Shown here: positions 23,280 to 35,545 of the stretch, piece after piece
Position numbering within the stretch: the stretch's first letter is position 1
How the letters are laid out: each line of letters opens with the position of its first letter
Source: Lama guanicoe
Taxonomy: Eukaryota
Reading direction: 5' to 3'
Assembly: GCA_013239625.1 (NCBI GenBank)
Contig: MU054117.1
Coordinates: forward strand, 2,540,011-2,602,010
Length of the DNA: 62,000 nucleotides
The notes under the pieces: model-generated
Database searches by the model: none
Told to the model about the DNA's origin: nothing
Seen by the model: the letters and a program-made list of their open reading frames with translations, nothing else
Made by a program: the position numbers and the translations under genes

Positions 23280-23860
23280 GTTCAGGCACTGCAGGAGAGC
23301 GCATGCGACCCTCTCCCCCTGCGCCCGGCCCAGCCCTGGGGAGGCCAGCCCCCCGCCCAGCCCGGCCTTTTAACTCAATACTCCCTGCGCAGCCCCATGC
23401 AAATTGCTGGAGTGCTGGTGCCTGGTTTCTCAGGAAGGCTTCTCCATCCAAGCCTTTGTCCTTCCGCTCACATTAAATGCTGTCAACATTTTTTCCCAAT
23501 GAAGTTCTTCCTCCCCCTGCACAGTCCCGGTCTCCAGCCGGCTTCTCCAGCCAGGGACACAGTTGGATTGCAATTGCTAGCACTTCCTGGAGATCAGGTC
23601 CCCTAGGAGCTATAAAAGTCCAGGAGAGTTTCTGGCCCCTCTCTGCGTGGCTGGGGTGCTGCGTGGCCTGTGCCCGCCCTCGCCCCTCAGAGCCACGAGC
23701 GGGCTTTCCGGGAGGCCCTGGGCTGGCAGCCTGTGTTACCTATGTCACTGGTGTCCGCTGCCAGTTTGAATTTCTGAAATGGATTTGCTGATTACAGGCG
23801 CTGGGGGCCCCCCACTGTCCGTAATGGGCGCAGAGCCGGGGTGGGTGGATTTGGGTAACG
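23280..23860 (+). promoter_or_regulatory. Candidate TATA-containing alternative promoter / first exon
   Basis: GC boxes near 23351 and 23673, ETS CACTTCCTGG 23581-23590, TATAAAAG 23611-23618, kB-like GGGCTTTCC 23701-23709, local CpG retention. Confidence 0.35.
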
Positions 23861-24165
23861 GCTGGGCTGCATTCCTCCCATTCTTTTCTCACAGGAAAAA
23901 GTGCCTGGAAATAACCCCAGGGGGGATTGCTTACCGGAGGAGCCGGCTGCCTGCCACCGCCTCACATTTGGTCCTCTCGGCCTCTCCAGCTCGCCCGCCA
24001 CCTCCCCTCTAGGCAGATGCCACCAGCTGGGCGGGCACTGGGGTTGCAGATACCCCTCCATGGGTCTGATGACCTGACCAGCTGGCCGCCCTCTTGCCAC
24101 CCTCACTTGTCAGGATGGTGGCCCCATTCCTGGGGACTTCCTCTGCCAACCCCAGACGCTGGGCC

Positions 24166-24256
24166 TTTTTTTTTTTCAGTGTTGGCATTGGGGGTTGAAC
24201 CCAGGGCCTTGTACATGCTAAGCACACGCTCTACCGCTGAGCTGCACCCTCCGCGT
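24166..24256 (-). mobile_element. tRNA-Ala-derived SINE (short form)
   Basis: Reverse complement ggagggtgcagctcagcggtagagcgtgtgcttAGCatgtacaaggccctgggttcaacccccaatgcc + A tail; TSD ccagacgctg(g/t)gc at 24152-24164 and 24257-24269. Confidence 0.93.
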
Positions 24257-25214
24257 CCAGACGCTGTGCAGAATAGGGCAGTGCTGGGTGCAATCACCCT
24301 CCGCCCCTCCCTCCTTCCTTCCTTCTTTTTTTTCTTTTTCTTGAGACGAAGGCAGCCTCAGGAACTGAGAAGGAAAAGCCCGACAGTTGAATGAAGGTGA
24401 ATCTCCCTGCAAATGGGACCGGCCGCTGGGCGTGGGGTGTGGTTTGGCGCCTGGCTCAGCCAGGGACGCTTTCCTTCTCCAGCCCCCAGTCCCCGGGGAC
24501 TTCAGAGCAGGCAGTCTCTCCCTGGGGAGAGTTTGGAGTGTGCGTGTAAGGAAGTTTCTCTGTTTTCCAGGGCACCAGCTCTGTCGCAGTTTACAAGAAG
24601 GCAGCTGCCACCTCATGGCCTCAGCACCTGGCCACCAGGGCCCCTGCAGGGGCGATGCTTCTGGCGTCCCCATGGCCGGACCCTCATCCCCGCCCTCACC
24701 TGGCCGGCTCTCCACAGGGTCTGGCCCAGAAGGTGCCTGGAAGTCCTCCTGTCTTTGTGACTCTCCCGCCTCCCCTCAGCCAGCAGCCTCCTCCTAGACC
24801 TGGTTTCTAAGTGTCCAGTGATGGACCCGATGAAACGTGTATGTCAGGGACAGGCCGGCTGGTGTGGCCACTTCAGCCCTGAGGTCCCCAAGCCTCTCCT
24901 TTCCTCACGCAACATCAGGAGACGGGCTCTGACACCGCTGTCCGAATGCCAGAGCAGCAGAGGGCCGCCCGCGGGAAGGGCCAGAGGCGTCTGCCAGGCG
25001 AGGGCTTCCCTTTACAGTGTGCCGTGTGCACGCGGGGCTGGGGGCGCAGAGAGAGCCTCTTTTGAAGCCCCCAACTCTGATTTGTGCACTGATTTGTGGC
25101 AAAACCTCCACCTCGTGCCTAACCCCACAGGACCCCCGGGCCGAAGAGCCGTGCCTGCCTGCCCTTGTCACTGTCTGGTTGGGTTGTGCTCGCCTATTTT
25201 GGGGTCAGCTGGGT

Positions 25215-25600
25215 GTTAAAAAAAAACACTTGTATAAAGAAAGCTGTGCAGTATGAGTGCAAATCAAAGAGATGGCGGGAAAAAGAAAGACCTCGCAAAC
25301 CTGCCGCCACAACTAAGTGGCTTCCCGTCTCCCGCCAGGCCTTGGTCTGCACTCACCTGCAGACGTAGCTCTTACGGTTATAGTCCCCGTGGAGGTGGAG
25401 CTTTGCATTCTGTTGGCTTTATTTAGTATTCTCCCACAAGCTATGTGATCATCACAATTAGACTTTCCAGTGGCTGCGTAGTAGCCAGTGAGTTTTTAAT
25501 CAGTTTTCCCATTGTTGAACCTTTGGTGTGTTCAGGTTTTAACTTACGTAAATGATAATGCATTAATAATACTTGTCAAGGAAACCGCATTCACACTCAT
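25215..25600 (-). mobile_element. Very old L1ME-like remnant
   Basis: AT-richer patch containing 'cagttttcccattgttgaacctttggtgtgttcaggtttt...taaatgataatgcatt'. Confidence 0.35.
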
Positions 25601-27459
25601 CGATATATCCCATAAGTGTATGTACGTGTGTGTACATGTGTCAGTGTGTGTGTCTTCCTCTTTCCCTCCTTTCCTTCTCTCTTTCTTTGTTCCCGTTTTG
25701 TATATTTTCTCAGGGCAAGTCAGGGAGCCGGGCATTCTTTCCTAGAGTGGTGGGAGGTGCCGTTCAGGGTTGTGGAATACCAGCCTGAAGTCAGGCGCCT
25801 GGGAGCAACTGCAGGACCCAGATCCTCGTCTAAGTCCGGCCTTGGACCAGTGTTGGGAAGTGAGTTAGGTGGCAGAGGCCCTGTTTGAAAGGCTGGTAGC
25901 TCTACATTTCTGTTGTTGCTCTGGTTCTGAACCTGCTGGCCCAGGTGCGTAGATTCCAACCTGTACGTTTACCTTGTTGAGAAGTTCCTAAGTGCACCCC
26001 CCACCGGACCCCATTCAAAGCAAGAGAAGTAGATTTGGTGCTCACCCCCAGGAATCTTGCGGTCTGAAGGGGTTACTATTGGATTACATGTTTAAAACAT
26101 GGTGCAGATGGAACAAAGGATATCTGTGGTTAGGGTGCCGTTTGTGGCCCCTACTTTCTGTGTTGTGTGTCAGTTGTTGTGGTGAGCACCCTGGGGTGGG
26201 GCTACAAGGAGCGTAAAGCTATAAAATTACCCCAGATCACACAGAATCCAACACAGGAAGCGTCAAGTGATCGGTGACTCGAGTGGGACAGGAGATGTGC
26301 TGCTCCAGATGTGCCCAGTGGGGACGGTGACCCTGCTGAGGGTATAGGCAGCCCTCCCGAGGGGGCCGCTCCTGCAGTTAGAACTAACCGGGGCATCTTG
26401 AAGTCCCTGTTCTCTGCACACCGTCCGGTCAGTGAGGAGACGGGGGTATCTGTTGCCTGTCTGTCTGACAGTCTCCAGCAGGAGACCACATCTTGACTTT
26501 CAGCCCCTCTGGCAAGACCTTTGAGACAAGCCAGGCCTGGATGAGCAGGGCTGATGCAGGGTGGGAACTGGGCAGCTGGGTTAGGGGGGTGCTGAGTGAG
26601 CCGCTCCTCCACGTTCCCTCTGAGCAGGGAAGACCTCTCCCCGTGGGCAGGTAGCAAGTGTTTCCTGCAGGCACGTGGGAGGCGGCATTGCCGGACCCCA
26701 GCCGCGCTGAGAGCTGCAGAGACCGCTGGAGGCGGTCTTTCTGAGGCACTCTGAACTGCTCCGGAAGGAGAAGGAAGTGAAGGCGCCCGCATCACTCCAA
26801 GCTTTCCCCAGATGACAGCCCTGACGTACGAGCCTAGTGATGCTTAAGAAATACGACTTGCTGGGGAAATAAACACCCTGTGTTATTTATTATTTATTGG
26901 AAAAACAAAGCTTCCCTCAGCTGGGAGGTTTCAGATCACTGACAACGTCAGGTCCAATTTTTCTCCATTAATAACAGGTCGGTATCCTTCCCGCAGAGTC
27001 GGGAGTGTGAGGGTGGGTCTGGGTGCGCCTCTGGCGGGTGGTGACTGCCGGGAGGACGAGAAGCGGGTGCTGAGAGTCAAGGCTGCGGGGGCGCCTGGGC
27101 CCATAGCCTGTGTGGACGCTGTGCTGGGCACCTCTGTATCCTCTCTTGTGACCCCCTCCAGGACTCGGGGGTGGGGCAAGGGGAGGCAGCTGTGGAGCCC
27201 CAGCGGTCAGGAGAGGATGCTGACGGAGATGTGTGCGTCTCCTGAGAGGACAGACTCCTGGAATTTGGAATCAAGGCGGGATGGGCTTTGCTTCCGAGGG
27301 TTGAATGGAATCCAGGGACCTAGAACATCGTGAGGAAGTGACCATGGGTCAGCGTAGAGGAAGGGCTGGACCAGTGGGGAGAACTTTCTGGAGGGGAAGG
27401 TGAGGTGACGTCTGGCTGACTTGAGGGCCACGATATTGTGACCTGGAGTAACTGCAGTG

Positions 27460-27880
27460 CCGTCGCCCCTGGGTATCCAAGGAGGGGGTTGGTTCTGGGA
27501 CCCCCACAGACACCAAGATCTGCAGATGCTCCAGTCCCTTACATTAGTGGCTAAGTATTTGTGTATAACCTACGCACACCCTCCTGTATACGTTCAGTCA
27601 TTGCTAGATGCTTACAATACTTGATACAATGTAAATGCTATGTAAATAGTTGCTGGCATGTGGCAAATTCAAGTTTGGCTTTTTGGAACTTTCCCGAATT
27701 TTTTTTTTAATTGAAGTATAGTCAGTTACAACGTGCCAGTTTCTGGTGTACAGCACAATGTCCCAGTCATGCATATGCATACCTGTATTCGTTCTCATGT
27801 TCTTTATCGGGAAGTTTTATTTTTTTTGAACATTTTTGATCTGAGATTGGTTGAATCCTGCAGATACCAAGGGCCAATTG
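27460..27880 (+). mobile_element. MER2B (TcMar-Tigger MITE), interrupted by an L1 fragment
   Basis: Terminal inverted repeats ccgtcgcccctgggtatcc ... gataccaagggccaattg|ta; internal 'taacctacgcacaccctcctgtatac...acaatgtaaatgctatgtaaatagttgctggc...caaattcaagtttggctttttggaactt'. Confidence 0.9.
27699..27808 (-). mobile_element. Short camelid-type L1 3' terminal insertion
   Basis: polyT + 'aattgaagtatagtcagttacaacgtgccagtttctggtgtacagcacaatgtcccagtcatgcatat'. Confidence 0.88.
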
Positions 27881-27994
27881 TATTGGCAAAGACAATACCT
27901 TTGCAGTATTGAGTGTGTCTTCTCCACAGTGAGCCTCCTGGCAAGCAGGTGAAGAAGGGCAGAGCTGGGTTATTTCCACTTAATTCGCTTGAGT

Positions 27995-28200
27995 GTGGTG
28001 TGGTTTAAGGATGTGGGTTTTGAAGCTGGACAAATAGTCTTCCGTCCTTGATGAACCTGTTTAAACCTCTGGACCTTGGTTTCTCCATCTGTAAAATGGG
28101 AAGATTAAGATTTCTCTCATGGGGTGTTTTGTAAAGGTCAAACACCTGAAATAGTCCCTGGCACACACTGAACTGTGAATAATTAATGGTAGCTGCTAAT
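27995..28200 (+). mobile_element. MIR
   Basis: 'aacctctggaccttggtttctccatctgtaaaatggg...ctcatggggtg...ccctggcacac'. Confidence 0.75.
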
Positions 28201-28214
28201 GTTGTCGGTGTAGA

Positions 28215-28310
28215 CCGAGGACGAGAGGCCCGGAGAGGTTACTTGTCTTGCTCAAGGTCACCGAGCTGGTGAGGAAGCAGCCAGGACTTGAACCAAGGTC
28301 TCCCAACCTC
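28215..28310 (-). mobile_element. MIR fragment
   Basis: 'gaggcccggagaggttacttgtcttgctcaaggtcaccgagctgg...gccaggacttgaacc'. Confidence 0.7.
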
Positions 28311-28954
28311 TTACACCGTGTCCTCCTATTGTCTTAGCCCCCAGCCCTTCCTCCCCTTCCCTGATGAGATGGACGCTTGGCGGACACGGGCAGGCAGGCG
28401 CCGCCACCGCCCAGGACGCGTTTATGCCTGAATCGTAAGTTGCGGGCCGTGTCCCCGCATAGATGTGATTATAGGGTGCTGACAGAGAAGCACTCCCTGA
28501 TGAAAACGATGAACAAAAACGTACCAGGGCTTTATTATTCCCCAGGCAGCTCCATTGTGTCTCTCTCCCCTTCCCCACCCCTCCCTTCACCCCCTAAAAA
28601 AAATAAAAGAAATGGAAAGATGAAGGGCTGTCAGCACCGGATCACAACACGGGCTCCAGGAGTTGGCGGCTTTTCAGTGCCTGCAGAGTCCCCTCCTCTT
28701 CTTGCTCCCCTCAACTTCTTGCTTTCCTACCTTTAATTAAGACAAATCTGAGCACACTGCCCCTCAAAGCAGGGAGCCTCCCAGTTCTGTCTCACATTGG
28801 GTCTTTCCTTGAGCTCTCTTTGTCCCCATCCCTGTCCCCTGAATGCCTCTTGCAAGAGCTACTGAAGTGGCCACCAGCTGTCTGCCTCTGTGATGTCCTA
28901 CTCCTGCCCCAGAACCTTCCACAGCTCCAGCACTAACTCAGGTCTGTGCTTCCG

Positions 28955-29330
28955 AGCGTCGCGGGCGAGCTGACCTCAGCCTACCTTTGCCGCGGCGCCC
29001 CCGCTGCTCCTCGGACAAAGCGGATGGCTCCGCGGCTCTGGCCAGCTTGCTGCTTCCTGGACGGGTCTGGAAATTACCTGCCTTTGGTCACGCAGTTCCT
29101 TTTGCTTGGAAAGCCCTCACCCCGGTGGAATCGGGCCCGTTCTTCAAGGCTTAGTTGAAGCGCCAGCTCTCCTGGCACATTTCTCTCCGAACGTGCTCCT
29201 ACTTCGGCTGGCGCGCAGCGGAGACGGAATTAACGGAGAGCCCCATTTGTCCCTGCGGGGCTCTTCCAGGCCCCCTCGGAGCTTTGCTGCCTGCCCCCCT
29301 TTCCCACAAGCCGTGGAGCGCATTTGCTCC
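28955..29330. promoter_or_regulatory. CpG-rich candidate enhancer/promoter
   Basis: Dense CpG; GCTGACCTCAGC 28969-28980, GGAAATTACC 29069-29078, GGAAAGCCC 29108-29116, CTTCCTGG. Confidence 0.4.
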
Positions 29331-29584
29331 TTGATTGCACATGATCTAAGTTCTTAGGCATGTTCCTTTTCAGGTTGGAAGTTCTCTTACTGTTCCCATC
29401 ATTGTCTGTTCCGTTCTGGGCCTGGAGGCTCAGACAGCAGGAGGGTGTAGCAGGAGCCAGGAGTTGTCCCCGCTCTGCTCCAACCAGCTGTGTTTCGGGG
29501 CAAGCAGCTCCCTTCTCTGGCCCTCACGTCCTCATTTGTGAACCAAGGGGTTGGATGAGCTGCTCTCTAGGCTTTGTGGATGGG

Positions 29585-31180
29585 GTTTTAAAATGTAGTT
29601 GTACTGAGATATACTTCCCATAAAATTCTCCCATTTTCACAGGCTGAGTGGTGTCCCTTCCAGATTCATATGTTGAAGTCCTAACCCCTTGTACCTCAGA
29701 AGGTGACTGTATTTGGAAATAGGATCTTTAAAGAGGTAATTAAGGTTAATTGAGGTCATGAGGGTGGTCCCTCTTCCAGACAACTGTTGTCCTTTGAGAA
29801 GAAGAGATTAGGACACAGACATGCACAGAGACAGGACCCTGAGGAGACATGGGGAGGAGACAGCCATCTCCAAGCCGAGGAGAGGGGGCCCAGAATGAAA
29901 CCAAACCTGTTAACGCCTTGGTCTTGGGTCTCTAGGCTCCAGAAAGAGAAGAAGATAAACTTCTGTTGTTTAAGCCACCCGGCCAGTGCTGCTTTGTTGG
30001 CAGCCCTGACGAATGAATCCAACCATTCCACGTAAAACTCAGTGGCTTACTATGTTCACCAGGTTGCGTAGCCTTCACTGTAATCTACCTCTGAGCATTT
30101 TCTCGCCCCCTAAAAAGCCTCCGTACCTGTTACTAGTCACTCCTCCTTTCCCCCCGGTCCTTACTCCACTGCCAGCCCTGGTCAACCACGAATCCGTGTT
30201 CTGTCTCTGTGGACTCGTCTGTTGTGGACATTCCTTATGAGTGGAATCACACAGTATGGGGTCTTTTGTGACTGCCGTCTTTTGCTCAGTATGACGTTTC
30301 AAGGTTCGTCCACGTTGCAGCCTGTACCACTGCTCCCTTCCTTCCCGTCGCTCAGCAATAACGCATTGTGAGCATGTGCCGCCTTCTGTTTCTCCATGAG
30401 CACTCGATGGACCTGTGGGTTATTTCAGTTTGGGGCCAGTGTGAATAACGCTGCAGTGAACAGTAGTGTACGAGCTTCTGCGTGGACATGTTACCATCTC
30501 TCATAGTTACGTTCCTAGGAGAGGAACTGCTGGGTCATATGATAAACCCATGTTTAACTTTCTGAGGAACCACCAAACTGTTTCCCAAAGCAGAGGCACC
30601 ATTTTGCATTCCCACCAGCAGTGCACAGGGTTCCAATTTGTCCACACTTGTTATGGTCTGCATTTTATAGCCATCCTAGTGGGTGTGATATGGTATCCCA
30701 TTGTGGTTTTGATTTGCATTTCTCTGACGATGAACAATGTTGAGCATCTGTTCATGTGCTTATTTGTCATTTGAGTATAAATACCTATTAATATACCTTG
30801 CATACTTTTCAGTTGAGTCGTCTTTTAATTATTGAGTTGTGCGAGTCCTTTATATATACTAGTATAAGCCCCTTATCAGATCTGTGAGTTTTTCCATATT
30901 CTGTGGGTTGTCTTTTTATTTTCATTTTTTAAAATTTTGATGAAGTCCCAGTTATCTAATTTTTCTTGTGTTACCTTTGCGTTTGGTGCCTTATCTAAGA
31001 AACCATTACCTAACCCAAGTTCACAAAGATTTACTCCTATGTTTCTCCTAAGGGTTTTATAGTTTTAGCTGTTACGTTTGTGTCCACGATCCCTTTTGAG
31101 TTAATTTTTGTGTGTGGTGTGAGGTAGGAGTCCAGGTCCCTTTGTGTGTCTGTGGACATCCAGCACCATTTGTTGAAAGG
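29585..31180 (-). mobile_element. L1M (L1MA/MB-like) 3'UTR + ORF2 remnant, interrupted by MLT1B
   Basis: 'gaggaaccaccaaactgtttcccaaagc...cattcccaccagcagtg...cattgtggttttgatttgcatttctctg...catccagcaccatttgttgaaa'. Confidence 0.9.
29635..30021 (+). mobile_element. MaLR LTR, MLT1B-like solo LTR
   Basis: 'attcatatgttgaagtcctaacccc...gtgactgtatttggaaatagg...ttctgttgtttaagccaccc'; flanked by 5-bp cccat/accat. Confidence 0.9.
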
Positions 31181-34100
31181 GATGGGGTCTTAGGGTCACT
31201 TGGAGCAGCTGCCATCTCAGGAGGAGTGGGGGGATGGGTGGTGTGGAGCCTGGCTCAGGGAAGATGTGCTGGGTTCCCTTTTCCTGTCCTCCTGCAGCAG
31301 CACTGACACAAAGCCCCCAGCCCCTGCCCGACAGTATTGTGTGTTGAGATTTTATACTTCTGTGTTTAACTTGTTCTTCACAACTTCCGGAATCGGCTGG
31401 TGGGCTGCTATGTCATTGACTCTGTGACGGTGAGGGTCGGCACAAGAGGCTGTGGGCCTTCTATCTCAGCAAGGGTGTTCCTGGCTCACGAGACCTGCTG
31501 GAACCAACAGCAGAGAAGTTACCACCTTCCTTCTACCCCAAGTCCAGGTGATGGGCCCTTGCAGGCTCTTCCTCCAGTTGGGGAGGAGATGACCGTGACA
31601 ACCAAGACCAGAGGTGATGGATGTTTGGGGGGAAAAGGAAAGAGGGCATTTTCAGCTTTTTGGCTCCTTTAATCCAACCCTGCTTTCAGGCCAGGCAAAG
31701 ACCATTTTCTTTCCCCTTAGCACTTTTTCAGCAGCGCTAATAGGTCCCCCGGGTGGATTTAAGGGGGGTTAGTGAGACAAGTTATGGTTATACCAGACTC
31801 TAGGTTACACGTCCCCCTTTTCTCCCAGGCCTCCTGGGCCAAGGCTCAAGCACCGTCTCCCCCACCATGAGAGCTGGGCCAGACGGCCAGGCACCGGGCA
31901 GCCTGCTGGGGAAGGGCAGGGGGAGGGCAGTGGGGCCCTCAGAGGGCACAGACCCTCTCCTTTCGCCCACTGTCCACAGCATGGGAAGGTCATTGGCAAA
32001 CCTCTCCTGCGGGGCCCTGACTCTCTTCCGGGCTTCCTCCCATCCTCCTCACGGACCCCACTGCAGTTACGCAGTCCCCATTCCAGGCTCATTTGTCCTG
32101 CTTACCTCTGCATCTGCAGCTCGGAGAGGCTAAGCAGTTGTTGGATGAATGGAGGGTGAGTGCGAGCTTTTCCACCTGGAGCACAGGCTGTGCCCTCCCC
32201 TCTTTCCCCAGCGCCCTCTGGCCATCTTTGCTCAAGGTCGGCTTATAGATCTTGTCCGTAAAGCCTGGCTACTCCTTCTTGCCCCCCAAATTGGATATGA
32301 TGATCTCTTTTCAATCTTCTCTTCTTTATGTTTCTGCCTCTGTTTTGCCACTTGCCGCTCTGCCCCGCAGTAAAATATTTGCGTGTGTGTCTTAGTCCCA
32401 GGATTGGAACACGGGGTGTGAGGTGGGGACCGTGCTTTCTCCTTGTGTGTTTCTCCTCGCTCGGTCTCCACCACACCCAGCATGGCGTTCTGCAGACATT
32501 GCCACAGAGTCAGCCTAGCCCAGAGGCTGCTGGGGCTGGCCCACCCGCCACTGCCCCCTCCCCAGCTCTGTGCTGCCTGGCGGATTGTCCTGGGCTTCAC
32601 ATCCTGGAGTAGGAAGTATCTGCAGGAGACAGATGTCAGCGTGCGGCCCTCCCTGTCCATTGTGTGTAGGTTACGTATCTCTGTGTGGGGAGCATCAGGC
32701 CACTGCATGACTGAGGCATTATCCTCGACTCCTGGTGGGAAGAGTTGGAGCAGATAACACATCAGTGGTAATCCTATGCTCTGCCCTCGAGGATGCAGAG
32801 CATCTCTGGCGGGAGCTGCTGCCTGTGGACGTCAGACTCACCTGCTGCTGCGGAGCTTCTCCTTCCAAATGATGAGGCAGCTCTCTGTCCCCTCCTCTCT
32901 GCAGGGCCACCCCCACCCCCCACTACACACCTCCAGTCCTGACCCGGAAGGGGGGTGAGTGCGGCAAGAGGCTGCAGGGAGGGAGAGAGGGGCACCGAGC
33001 TGCAGAGAGCCTTGAGGAAGACCCGCTGGCCTGGAAGCTCAGGCTCGGTGGGTGCCGGGCCCCCAAGGAGAGGGAAGGGAAGAGGAAAGCAGCCTGACCG
33101 TCCACACCAAGGGGAGCTTTCTCTTTCCCAAGCCCTTCGTATAGATTTCCAGGTTTGAGTCTCACGACAATCTTAGGAGCTGTTTTTAGCTCTATTTTCA
33201 GATCCAGGTCTATGGAGCAGAGGGGAGGTGGCCTGTTACTGAAATTAGTGGCAGGGACAGGCAGGGCCCCCACCCCTTGGGTAGGAAGCCACACCGTTCC
33301 TGGCGCACAGTGGCCGGTTCATGCACGTTTGTCCCATTGATGAATAGCGGGCACTCAATAATTAATAGCTGGTTTGACACAAAAGCAGAATTTTCTGGAT
33401 ATTGAACTGAGTGGTTTCTCAGGTCCCTGCTTGCCCTGAAATGCTGGGGTTCCGTGGTTCCCTTGGCTGGGAGGGACAGGCTCCTCACTGCGTGGCCTGG
33501 CTGTGCAGGGTAGGATTAACCTCCGGGGTCGGCGAGCGTGCAGAGCTCAGGAAATGCCTCTCTGTGATCTGTATTTGGTCCAGAGACAGGTGGTGGAGCC
33601 TGGAGGAGGGGAAGTCTGCCGACCGCTCCCGGGCAGGGGGAAGGGAGGCCCAGCCCAGCTGCACTGTCTTCTGATGGATTGAAGGCCTTCAGGCTGAGTC
33701 CCTGGTGCGTTTAGATTTTAATTGGGGAGCTGGACGCTGTGCCTTAACTCCCAAGTCAAGGACTTGTCCCCTGACCCTGTAGCTCACGGTCTGCTGGTGG
33801 GGGAAGGAGGGCCATCCATGGGGCGCTTGCTGGCATCCAGGCCCCCTGGCCCTCTTGTCGGTGAACCTCCCCCAGGCGCCGGTGCTCAGGGCAGGTGCTG
33901 TGCTGCGTTTCTCAGCTGCATCTGTGGCCTCCAGAAAATTCCTTCCTTTGAGCCATTGTTGCCTCTGCCTCTTGTGTGCTGAGGGAGCCCAGGAATATTC
34001 GAAGGGAGTCAGTTTCTGTGTCTGCACTGCAAACCAGGGTGAGGGGCGTGGAGGAGGCGTTCTCCTCGTACAGAGGGAGACACTGAGGCCCTGGGGGGTC

Positions 34101-34824
34101 ACTGGCAAAGCCGTGATGACGCAGGCCGGGGGGAGGGCGGGCGTCGGGGTACCCACTCCAGGCTGTGCGCCTTCATGGATCTGTTTGTGAACTTGCGAGG
34201 TGCCCGTGAGATTAGCCACCGAGCAGAGGTCTTATTTATGACGGCGCCTCAGATTCCCGTCCTGCTGCCTGCAAGACTCTGCTTCCATCGCTGGTGCTGT
34301 TGAGCTCCCAGGGGCATCTTAAGTCTCCCAAGTCATCCGTGGTCAAAGGCAGCCTCATGCAGAGGAGCGGTGTCAGCACAGGGCTCAGACCAGGCTCGCT
34401 TTTCCCAGGTGTGGGAGGGGGTCTCCCGTCTCGAGCCAGGAAGGGAGGGGCCAGGGCTTGGGAGTTAGAGATGCCCGCGTCTGTGTGACTGGCGGAGCCC
34501 TCTGATTTGGTCACTTGCAATACAGCAGATGGAGTCACTTGGCGCTCATGACTCCTGATTAAAATGGTTGGAATAAGGATCTCACATGAGCAAGACACAG
34601 AATTTTAATAATATTCAAGCAGTATTAAGTCATGTAAGCGTAATCTATATTGTAATTTTTTTCATTAACTTCAATTTAGTGGACATTTATATTTTAATTT
34701 GTAATGTGCTCAATTCGTGAAAGCATTCACACTGTCTTCTTCAAACAAATGTTCCATATTTTCTACTTTTCACTAATTTGAGAAGGGTTTCTTATTACTG
34801 ATTAATGAGGTTTTTACTAAGAAT

Positions 34825-34960
34825 AGGATCAAAGCATCATACTATCGAGGGCTGGAAGGTTCCTTGGAGATTATCTCATATTCTTCATTTTGGAGATGAG
34901 AAAGCACGAGGTTATAGCATGGCTATTGCACAGATGACCAGTGATTTCTTGGACATGAAC
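34825..34960 (-). mobile_element. MIR fragment
   Basis: 'gggctggaaggttccttggagattatct...cttcattttggagatgagaaagcacgagg'. Confidence 0.55.
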
Positions 34961-35024
34961 AACTCTGTGCCTTAGTGTGAAAGGGCTACAGGGGTGAATG
35001 AAAGGAGGGAAATGGGAAATTCCC

Positions 35025-35545
35025 TCAGCATTTATTGCAGTGTAACTTACAGAGATACAGCATTCAGTGGACCTCTGTAAAGTGACCGGAGCCCAGATCA
35101 AGAAACTGAACATTGCTAGCACTCCCCCGCCTCCCTCACGCCCCTCCAGCCACCACCCCATCAGGGTCACTGCTCCCCGGACATCCGAGATCACAGACGA
35201 TTTTGAACTTCCCGTCAGCGGAGTCGCACAGGATGCGCTCATCTGTGTCTGACTTTTCCTCAGCATTTCCCCCTGGGGCTCATCCCTGTTGCTGGAAGTG
35301 GCTGTAGTTCATTGCTTTCCGTAGTTGTGTGGGGCTCCACCACGATCGACTCAGCCTTTGCACCATCGATGGACATTTTGGTAGTTTCTGGATTTTGGTC
35401 ATTTTTAAGTAGGACTTTTGTGCATACTCTGGCATGTATTTTCATCAAAACCCATCTCTATTGGTTTATAGCCAAGAGCAGAATTGCTGGGACATGGAAT
35501 GAAGGTAAATTCCATTTTCATAGACATGACCGGTTTTCCAGGATG
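35025..35545 (-). mobile_element. Ancient L1 (L1ME-like) 3' end
   Basis: 'cccagatcaagaaactgaacattgctagcactccc...gatggacattttggtagtttc...agagcagaattgctggg'. Confidence 0.75.

Noticed and set aside
27995..28310. Inverted MIR pair as a dsRNA hairpin
   Set aside because: The copies are too diverged for a convincing long stem
32841..32903. Possible - strand exon ending CAG|GTGAGT
   Set aside because: No pyrimidine tract at the acceptor and unrecognisable peptides in all frames
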